From the NCBI GenBank assembly GCA_039586365.1, contig JBDHKN010000091.1, positions 1 through 17,992 on the forward strand: 17,992 nt of DNA, in the 5' to 3' direction. The notes beneath the pieces were generated by a model. It was not told where the DNA came from. It was given only the letters and a program-made list of their open reading frames with translations, and made no database searches. Shown here piece by piece: positions 1 to 6,742 of this stretch. A program made the translations under genes and the position numbers. Source of the stretch: Gemmatimonadota bacterium (GTDB taxonomy: Bacteria > Gemmatimonadota > Gemmatimonadetes > Gemmatimonadales > GWC2-71-9). How positions within the stretch are numbered: position 1 is the stretch's first letter; each line of letters begins with the position of its first letter.

Positions 1-1332
1 GTCAACAAGCTGCTGGGCCAAGGCATCGAGATCCAACAGGCACCGCAGCCGTTCACGCACGAGGGCAAGGTATATGGTCCGGGAGCGTTCGTCGTGTCTA
101 TGGCTCAGCCCAAGATGGGTGTCATCCGGTGGCTACTGGGCCGCACGTTCTACCCGGTAAACAGCTTTACAGTCGACGGTCAGGGCAATCCGATACGGCC
201 CTACGATATGGCCGCTGACGTTATGGCCGAGTTCATGGGAGTCCGGGTGGATCCGGTGGACCATACGGTGGCGGCCAATCTCATCGAGCTTGCCGCGCCG
301 ATAGAGCCGGTGGGTGAAGTTGCCAGGGGAAGTCACGGCTACGTGATCGATGGACGGTTGAATCACGCATTCCAAGCCGTGAATCTGCTGTTCGACAAGG
401 GTATAACCGTCAGGCGGGTCGACCAACCTTCCGCTGAGATGCTGCAAGCGGGTGATTTCGTCGTGACCGGTGGGTCGGAGGCTGACATCACAGACATAGC
501 ACGGCAGACAGGTGTCGACTTCACCGCGCTCGACCGCGACGCCACAGCGACGAGCCACGAACTGGAGCGGCTGCGGATCGGCATGTACCAGCGGTACTAC
601 GGTGGCAATATGGATGAGGGTTGGACGCGCTGGCTGTTGGAGCACTACGGTTTTCCCTATTCGACGCTGATGGATGCGGACATCAAGTCCAACGAGCTGG
701 AAGAGGACTACGATGTCATAATCCTGCCGGCCGATCAGGTGAACTCGATGGTCGGAGAGCAGGAGGGTGAGGGCAGTGGTGGCCCCTACGCCAGTGGGCC
801 GGAGAGCTATCCGACCGAGTACCGCAGCGGATTCGGACCCGAAGGTGTGGCGGCATTGAAGACATTTGTCCAGAACGGTGGCACGTTACTCACGTTCGCC
901 GAGGCTGGGTCGTTACCCATTGAAAAATTCGGGCTGCCGTTACGAAACGCAACGGAGAGCAGGCCACCCAGCGAATTCTGGTGTCCGGGGTCAACACTCA
1001 GGACGAAGTTCGACAATGCCAATCCACTGGCGTACGGAATGCCGGATGAAGGCCTCGCGACGTTTCTGGCACGTAACCAGGCCTACGAGATCGTGCCCAC
1101 CGCGCACAACGACCGTATCGAAGTCATCGCTTCGTTCCCGGAACGCGACCTGCTACAGAGCGGATGGTTGATAGGCGAGGACGTCATTGCCAAGAAGGCA
1201 GCGATGGTGTCGGTGCAGTACGGCCAGGGTAGGGTAGTACTCATCGGGTTCCGGGCACAGCACCGAGCCCAGACTCACGGTACGTTCAAGTTGGTGTTCA
1301 ATACGCTGGTGAGTGGGCCGGAAACTCGTTGA
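1..1332 (+). CDS. M14-family zinc carboxypeptidase-like protein, C-terminal part with class-I glutamine amidotransferase-like domain (5' partial)
   Basis: Frame +1 is open from base 1 (VNKLLGQGIEIQQAPQPFTHEGKVYGPGAFVVSMAQP...), so the track start at 94 is internal. MDEGWTRWLLE, YDVIILP, FVQNGGTLL and GRVVLIGFRAQHRAQTHGTFKLVFN are typical of the C-terminal half of long bacterial M14 peptidases. The catalytic domain would lie upstream of the window. Confidence 0.8.
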   Translation, partial: VNKLLGQGIEIQQAPQPFTHEGKVYGPGAFVVSMAQPKMGVIRWLLGRTFYPVNSFTVDGQGNPIRPYDMAADVMAEFMGVRVDPVDHTVAANLIELAAPIEPVGEVARGSHGYVIDGRLNHAFQAVNLLFDKGITVRRVDQPSAEMLQAGDFVVTGGSEADITDIARQTGVDFTALDRDATATSHELERLRIGMYQRYYGGNMDEGWTRWLLEHYGFPYSTLMDADIKSNELEEDYDVIILPADQVNSMVGEQEGEGSGGPYASGPESYPTEYRSGFGPEGVAALKTFVQNGGTLLTFAEAGSLPIEKFGLPLRNATESRPPSEFWCPGSTLRTKFDNANPLAYGMPDEGLATFLARNQAYEIVPTAHNDRIEVIASFPERDLLQSGWLIGEDVIAKKAAMVSVQYGQGRVVLIGFRAQHRAQTHGTFKLVFNTLVSGPETR

Positions 1333-1386
1333 GTCTGTGACAAGCGACCGCCAGCCAAGCTAGCGGCGCGGGTTGTGTTTCCAGGA

Positions 1387-1417
1387 GAAGAGCCGGAGCC
1401 TGGTACTCCGGCTCTTC
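1387..1417. terminator. Perfect 12-bp stem-loop between convergent genes; probable bidirectional terminator or 3'-end stabiliser
   Basis: GAAGAGCCGGAG (1387-1398), loop CCTGGTA, CTCCGGCTCTTC (1406-1417). There is no long U-tract on either strand. Confidence 0.65.
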
Positions 1418-1458
1418 CGATTGAATGACTGTTGTTTTGTCGGTGGGCCTCCTCTTCG

Positions 1459-2256
1459 CTAGCGTGGCTGCCGCACCAACACGTAGTGGCCGGAAACAGC
1501 ATCGACCCGCAGCTCAGCGATGTGGCCGCTCTCGCGTTTAAACGCATACAGCACCACGCCAGTGGAATCTGTGAAGGTGAAGTCACCGATGTGTCTTTCG
1601 GGAAGGTAGTACCAGTTGCCGTCGTCTCGCTCCACAACGTATCCCTCAGCTGCGAGCTGGGTGGCCGGCAGGCTCCAATAGGGCTGGTTGGCAAGGCCAT
1701 CGACGGTGTGCCCGGTTTCGTCGGTGACCTTTTTCAGGCTGACGTCCCAGTCGCGCTCGTAGTTGTACCTGCGGAACCGGAACAACTCCTCGCTTGCGCT
1801 CCACACAGTGGCGGTCAACGCCTTACGGATCTGCTCCCAGACCAGAGAAGTGGCTGCCCCCACCTCCGGATGAACGCCACAAAGGTCCTCGCCCGTCACT
1901 TCCACGGTAGCGAGTTTGACCGGGAGAGCGACGACCCTGGGTGCGTACACCAAGCTGGTGTCCGCAGCAATCTCGAATGGGTCTGAAGTGTGCGCATGGT
2001 AGCCGATGCGCTCGGATCGGAGGCGATAGACCCCTTCAGATGGCGCCCGAAGCAGGAAGTGTCCGGCGCTGGTGCTGAGTGTCCGGGCAACCTCCTGATC
2101 TTCCTCATCCACCAGCACAATGAAGCCAGTCCCTACGGGTAGACCGGAGTTCAGGTCGAGTACTTGGCCGGACACTATTTGGGGGGACAGCGGTGCAGTG
2201 GACGCGTGAGCCACCACGAGTATGCCTAGGGCGAGAGCGAACCGTTGCTCAAACAC
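1459..2256 (-). CDS. Exported protein with carboxypeptidase-regulatory-like domain; probably truncated or chimeric
   Basis: Signal-like N-terminus (RFALALGILVVAHA), then VSGQVLD...G.F.L.AP..G.YRLRSERIGY (CarboxypepD_reg-like), then VWEQIRKAL and GYVVERDDGNWYYLP. The start codon is uncertain (see findings). Confidence 0.7.
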   Translation of the reverse strand: MFEQRFALALGILVVAHASTAPLSPQIVSGQVLDLNSGLPVGTGFIVLVDEEDQEVARTLSTSAGHFLLRAPSEGVYRLRSERIGYHAHTSDPFEIAADTSLVYAPRVVALPVKLATVEVTGEDLCGVHPEVGAATSLVWEQIRKALTATVWSASEELFRFRRYNYERDWDVSLKKVTDETGHTVDGLANQPYWSLPATQLAAEGYVVERDDGNWYYLPERHIGDFTFTDSTGVVLYAFKRESGHIAELRVDAVSGHYVLVRQPR

Positions 2257-2564
2257 AGTGTGGAAGATGTGCCAGGATCATTGGTTCCCTTGCACTCTAT
2301 TGCTGAATTACCCGCAATGTACCGGTTCGATCCTCTGGGTCCTCCCCTGTCCTGGGATCCGGCGTTGTAGCAGGCGGAGTCAGTTGACTCAGCCTCAGTC
2401 AGGAGGCCAGCAGAGTGTCTCGCCGGTCGGATCGTAGGGCTGGAAGCTGCGGAGGCCTGGACGGGGCCGAGACGTATCGACGAAAGACCGTGGCAGGTTG
2501 GCAGACCGGGTCCACCCCGCCGGCCAGAAAGTGTGGTTGTAGCTGCCATTTCGGCAGAGATGCT

Positions 2565-2581
2565 TGGGCACGCCGGTTGCT
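2565..2581 (+). promoter_or_regulatory. Sigma54 (RpoN) -24/-12 promoter for the hsp20 cluster
   Basis: TGGGCACGCCGGTTGCT matches the consensus YTGGCACG-N4-TTGCW. GG (2567-2568) and GC (2579-2580) are exactly 10 nt apart, and the site is about 77 nt upstream of the hsp20 ATG. Confidence 0.7.
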
Positions 2582-2657
2582 CCCGGGCATTCGCGTCGGC
2601 GCAATCTCCGGCTGCCGCAGACAAACGACCGTGAACTTGAGAGGAGGGAACCTAGCA

Positions 2658-3119
2658 ATGATTGTCACACGCATTCGTCCGCTGCAGAGACCGTGGTGGT
2701 CGGCGTGGGGCGACTTCGACCGGGTGCGCCACGACATGGCACGCCTGGCGGAAGCCATGTCGAACGGTGCGTTTCCGGAAGCGGGCACGCGGATGTTCCC
2801 GTTGGTGAATGTCACCCAGGACAGCGACAATTTCTACGTGCGGGCCGAACTCCCGGGAGTCCGAGCAAATGAGCTGGAAGTCTCTGCCGTGGGCAGCAAG
2901 CTCTGCATCTCCGGCAGTCGTGCACTGCCCGAAGAGGAGGGAGGGGTGAGTTACCACCGCAGGGAAAGAGAGGGAGGCAACTTCAGTCGCAGTATCGAGC
3001 TGCCCTCCCCGTTTGATCGAGATCGGGTGGAAGCGCAGTATGAGAATGGTCTTCTCACAGTCACGCTGCCGCTCGCCGCGGAAACCAAGCCGCGGCAGAT
3101 CCCGGTGAGCACCGGGTGA
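2658..3119 (+). CDS. hsp20: Hsp20/alpha-crystallin small heat-shock protein (153 aa)
   Basis: FPLVNVTQDSDNFYVRAELPGV...YHRREREGGNFSRSIELP...A.YENGLLTVTLP and a C-terminal IxV motif (RQIPV). The strong SD GAGGAGG at 2641-2647 supports ATG 2658 rather than the track start at 2415. Confidence 0.95.
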   Translation: MIVTRIRPLQRPWWSAWGDFDRVRHDMARLAEAMSNGAFPEAGTRMFPLVNVTQDSDNFYVRAELPGVRANELEVSAVGSKLCISGSRALPEEEGGVSYHRREREGGNFSRSIELPSPFDRDRVEAQYENGLLTVTLPLAAETKPRQIPVSTG

Positions 3120-3159
3120 ACCTGATTGGTGCATAGGCCACTGAGAGGAGAATAGAGCC

Positions 3160-3570
3160 ATGGCGAAAGAGAAGACCCACGAAGTGCAGACGGTGGAGCG
3201 CGAGGAATCGTCCACCGCTGTAGAGCAAACCCGGCCAGGTCCGGTCTACACTCCGGCTGTAGACATTTTCGAGGAGGGGGAACGGATCACCGTTCTCGCC
3301 GACATGCCCGGCGTGAGCAAGGACGACTTGCGCATCGATCTGCATGACAACGTTCTCACGCTGACTGGTGACCCAGCAGGTCTGGAAGGTGAAGCGGAGG
3401 CAGAGGTGTTCCGGGAGTATTACTCGGGCCGATTCTACCGCCAATTCACCCTGTCGGACAAGATCGACCAAGGGAAGATCGAGGCGAAGCTGGTAGACGG
3501 CGTGTTGCGACTCGTGCTGCCGAAGGCGGAGGCCAGCAAGCCGCGACAGATTAGGATCAAGGCTGGATGA
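3160..3570 (+). CDS. hsp20: Second Hsp20/alpha-crystallin small heat-shock protein (136 aa)
   Basis: YTPAVDIFE...ADMPGV...FYRQFTLSDKIDQGKIEAKLVDGVLRLVLPK and a C-terminal IxI motif (RQIRI). SD GAGGAG at 3145-3150. Confidence 0.95.
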   Translation: MAKEKTHEVQTVEREESSTAVEQTRPGPVYTPAVDIFEEGERITVLADMPGVSKDDLRIDLHDNVLTLTGDPAGLEGEAEAEVFREYYSGRFYRQFTLSDKIDQGKIEAKLVDGVLRLVLPKAEASKPRQIRIKAG

Positions 3571-3576
3571 CCGTAG

Positions 3577-3602
3577 CGACGCGCCAGCTCACTGGCGCGT
3601 CG
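3577..3602 (+). terminator. Perfect 11-bp GC-rich hairpin after the hsp20 pair (leaky terminator or stabiliser)
   Basis: CGACGCGCCAG (3577-3587), loop CTCA, CTGGCGCGTCG (3592-3602), 6 nt after the stop codon. The U-tract is weak. Confidence 0.6.
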
Positions 3603-3637
3603 GTCTGCTCAAAACCCCAACAGGCCATCGGTGAACG

Positions 3638-4330
3638 ATGACAGGCGGGGAATACTACCGAATCCTGGGCGTCCCTCCGTCGGCCAGCAAGCGAGCGATT
3701 AGGGACGCGTACCTGAGTCTGGTCAAGCGACTGCATCCTGATCGGGTCGGACCCGCGGGCACAGCGCGGTTTCAAGATGTGGCGGTGGCTTACGAGACGC
3801 TGTCGGATCCCGCCAAGCGTCGGCTGTACGATCTGCGCTTCCCCCCTAGGGTACCAACGCGTACCGCACGCAGTGAACCGGCGTCAGTAGGGCCACAGCC
3901 TGAGCCTCTGGTGCCGGAGCCTATCGAGGTGGTGGGAGAACCCGAGACGGTAAGCCCGTCTCTCGAAGAGGTCTTACAGCGACTCCAAAGGACCCGCACT
4001 GGAATGCGGGTCCCGAAGTGGGAACACCAGGAAGGGTTCGACATCGGTGTCATATTGACGCGGCTCGAGGCATCCAGAGGTGTGGTCTTGCCAATGGCCA
4101 TTCCGACCCTGCGGGAATGCCCCCGGTGTGGGGGACTGGGAGGGACGGTTCTCCCCTGCCACGCCTGCGGCGGTCTCCGCATGGTGGAGCAGCGGGGAAT
4201 CGTGAGGGTGCACATTCCACCAAGCGTGAGGGACGGGGACGTCGTCGAAGTCTCCCTGGAGCGGATCGGTGTCACGAACATGTTCCTGCGGATTCATCTA
4301 TCCGTAAGGAGCGACGAGCCGGTTTGGTGA
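3638..4330 (+). CDS. DnaJ-domain co-chaperone-like protein with a short Cys-rich zinc finger
   Basis: J-domain YYRILGV...HPD...FQDVAVAYETLSDPAKRRLYD, then CPRCGGLG and CHACGGLR, then a DnaJ-C-like segment VHIPPSVRDG. Confidence 0.9.
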   Translation: MTGGEYYRILGVPPSASKRAIRDAYLSLVKRLHPDRVGPAGTARFQDVAVAYETLSDPAKRRLYDLRFPPRVPTRTARSEPASVGPQPEPLVPEPIEVVGEPETVSPSLEEVLQRLQRTRTGMRVPKWEHQEGFDIGVILTRLEASRGVVLPMAIPTLRECPRCGGLGGTVLPCHACGGLRMVEQRGIVRVHIPPSVRDGDVVEVSLERIGVTNMFLRIHLSVRSDEPVW

Positions 4331-4345
4331 CAACGGTCTCCGCTG

Positions 4346-6391
4346 TTAGAACACCTCGATCCCGAGCCGCACGGTCCGGCCCGGTTGGGGCATGCCGCAT
4401 TGGTCGAACACCGCGACGTCCGCTACGTTGTCGAGCGACAGCGTCGTCCGGATGTCACCCCACAGGCCCTGTCCCAACCGCCAGTCACGCCGCAGGCCCA
4501 CGTCGATCCGGGTCTTACCGTCCAGTGCGACGTCGCTGTCCAGTTCCGGATGCACGCAGTACTGATCGCCGGTGTGCTTGAGTCCTGCGATGCCTCTGAA
4601 TCCGAGTGGGAGCGGTGCACGCAGGTCGAGGCCGGCTGTGAACTCCGGCATGTGCTCGGGCTGGATTGGCCCGCTGGTGGCCGCGGGATCCTCGACGGTG
4701 ACGTCCTGCAGCATGATATCGCCTTGGATCTCCGTGCCAGCGATGGAACCGCCCACCAATAGCTCTATCCCCATGCTGTTGATCATGTCGCGGTTGATGC
4801 GACGGTAGTTGCCCTCTGGCGTGGAGGTACGCACCACCGCGTCACTGAGTTCGTGGCGGAACAACGCGGCCTGAACTTCGATGCCGGAACGTTTGAACGT
4901 GGCACCCAGCTCAGCAGCGTTGAGCCGCTCGGGGTCGAGGTCTGGATTGGGCTCGAACCGGCCCAGCGCACCCGAATAGAGTTCACGCAACGCGGGGAAA
5001 CGGGCGCGGGTGCTCACTGAGGCGTGGAGCTGGAGGTCGTCACTCAGCGCTAGAGTACTCACTCCTACCCGTCCACCCCAGGCCCACAGCCGACCTAACG
5101 GCGGCTTGCCTCCAGACTCAGGAGTGTCAGCGCCGTCCAGCGCAACGCCCACCGTGAATTCAGTAGTCTTGGGCAAGTGCCACGCGGTCTCAGAGGCTAG
5201 GCTCCACAACCGCTGGCGATACTCGTTGCGCTCCACCTCGTCGAGGATCTCCGTGTGGTTGACATCGGCATAGCTAAGAGCCGCCCGAAACTGGCCGTGG
5301 GAAGTAAGGGTGTGTTCACCCAACAGTCGCAGCGTCATGTTCCGGTCGTCACCCGACTCCGTCTCCACTACCTCATCGTAGTCCAGGGATCCGAACGCCT
5401 CTATATCCTGCCGGCCGCCGTTGAACCCCAAGCTCGCCTCCAGGTCACCCATTCCCCAGGGGGTGCTGCGCTGCCCCGTCCCGGCCGAAAGCGCCGCAAC
5501 AGCCTGCCACTCATTGGGGTAGCGCCACAGGCGCGGCTCCTGAACGTGCAACTCCGGGGGTACCCCCCGCTTGGCCCGGAATCCGGAGGCAGAGAGCGAG
5601 ATCCAGCTGCCTCGGTAGCTTTCCCACCGTATGGCACCGAACCCGTTGACCTCCTCCACATCCGAGTTGGTGCGGAGGTCGCCCTCACTGCTGGGATCGA
5701 CGACATCGGCGGGCAGGGCCAACCCGTCACGGGAACGGAAGCCGGCTCCGGCCCGAAACACCAGATGTCCGCTACCCAGGTCCGACATTTGGACCCCGGA
5801 GGCGCCAACGGCCCGGGAACCGACGTTGTCCACGCCTACGGAGGCCCTGAGTTCGTCCCGATCCTGGCGAAGTCCGCCTCTCCCCAGGTCCACCTCCACC
5901 ACCCCACCCAACACGTTGGGACCGCTCAGTACGGACGGCAGGCCCCGCACCAACGTGAGGTCTCGGACTCCCATCAATGGTATCACCGCCGGATCAGTGC
6001 GGTGGTCCCAGGCCAGGGTCAGAGGCACCCCGTCCAGCAGCACCGCCACCTGTCGTGACTCCGAGCCACGGACCGAAATCTCGGCCATGCCCCTGGAGTT
6101 CTGGCGCACCAACACGAAGGGAAGCTTCCTGAGCGCGTCCTCGAACGTAGCGACCGGCTCGATGGCAAGGGACTCGGGGAATGCGATGATTCCAGTGGCG
6201 CCGCCGGCGACGGTGGTCCGTCTCACTGCCGTCACGACAAGGCCGCCGATGGTGAAAAGCGTGTCGGGCCTAATGCTGTCGGGGCGCTCCTGTGCTACCA
6301 GTGAATCAGATTGAGACGTGGTGAGCGTCACGAGTATGAGCGTTGTATGCATCAAAGCACGCGCCGGCAGGCGCTGCTTTTTGGTTCTCAT
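4346..6391 (-). CDS. TonB-dependent receptor (plug plus beta-barrel), substrate unknown
   Basis: LVVTA, plug motifs ISVRG and VAVLLDGVPL, VRGLPSVLSGPNVLGGVV, barrel motifs RFPALRELY and NPDLDPE, and a C-terminal GRTVRLGIEVF ending in Phe. SD GGAGGAG supports ATG at 6391 rather than the track start at 6409. Confidence 0.93.
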   Translation of the reverse strand: MRTKKQRLPARALMHTTLILVTLTTSQSDSLVAQERPDSIRPDTLFTIGGLVVTAVRRTTVAGGATGIIAFPESLAIEPVATFEDALRKLPFVLVRQNSRGMAEISVRGSESRQVAVLLDGVPLTLAWDHRTDPAVIPLMGVRDLTLVRGLPSVLSGPNVLGGVVEVDLGRGGLRQDRDELRASVGVDNVGSRAVGASGVQMSDLGSGHLVFRAGAGFRSRDGLALPADVVDPSSEGDLRTNSDVEEVNGFGAIRWESYRGSWISLSASGFRAKRGVPPELHVQEPRLWRYPNEWQAVAALSAGTGQRSTPWGMGDLEASLGFNGGRQDIEAFGSLDYDEVVETESGDDRNMTLRLLGEHTLTSHGQFRAALSYADVNHTEILDEVERNEYRQRLWSLASETAWHLPKTTEFTVGVALDGADTPESGGKPPLGRLWAWGGRVGVSTLALSDDLQLHASVSTRARFPALRELYSGALGRFEPNPDLDPERLNAAELGATFKRSGIEVQAALFRHELSDAVVRTSTPEGNYRRINRDMINSMGIELLVGGSIAGTEIQGDIMLQDVTVEDPAATSGPIQPEHMPEFTAGLDLRAPLPLGFRGIAGLKHTGDQYCVHPELDSDVALDGKTRIDVGLRRDWRLGQGLWGDIRTTLSLDNVADVAVFDQCGMPQPGRTVRLGIEVF

Positions 6392-6742
6392 CGGCGACTC
6401 CTCCAACACATGTACATGTCCATCCCCCGCTAAACCTACCTAATTCTGCAAGGAACACACCGTGGGGCAGGCACACATGGACGACTTCGAGTAGACGCGC
6501 GGGGTAGGTGGAATGGGAGGGATCTCGCCTGGGCACGTGTTGCCGAGTGCGGTAGCCCAACGCGATTGTCGTACGAGGTGGACGTTTGGCGTCCTCGAAT
6601 CTGGACGAAGTTCCGGAGACGAAACTGCTGCGACTGTGAGAGGCGCCGCTGCGACTTGACCTCGATGTCGCGCCGATAGCTCATCTCGGCGTGCTTGGCC
6701 TGTGTGGGGGTTATCGTCTGTGTTCACCAGCGGCCCTGCAGG

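Noticed and set aside
2289..2315. CIRCE-like half site CTTGCACTC upstream of the chaperone cluster
   Set aside because: There is no GAGTGCTAA-like right arm 9 nt downstream, and the site is about 360 nt from the hsp20 start.
2415..2657. N-terminal extension of the first Hsp20 given by the ORF track
   Set aside because: It runs through the promoter region, and the strong SD supports ATG 2658.
2590..2660. ROSE/fourU RNA thermometer in the hsp20 5' UTR
   Set aside because: No U(U/C)GCU or UUUU segment is positioned to pair with the SD. Only a short CTCC is complementary.
6440..6727. 95-aa ORF with PPIPPTP and CACPTVC as a second arrest or metal-binding leader
   Set aside because: It has no SD, no signal segment, no RAPP/RGPP, and weaker codon bias than the overlapping frame.
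6392..6742. Cobalamin or other riboswitch upstream of the TonB-dependent receptor
   Set aside because: I could not find the B12-box or GGGAA/GCCACTG core elements on the minus strand. An Rfam scan would be decisive.
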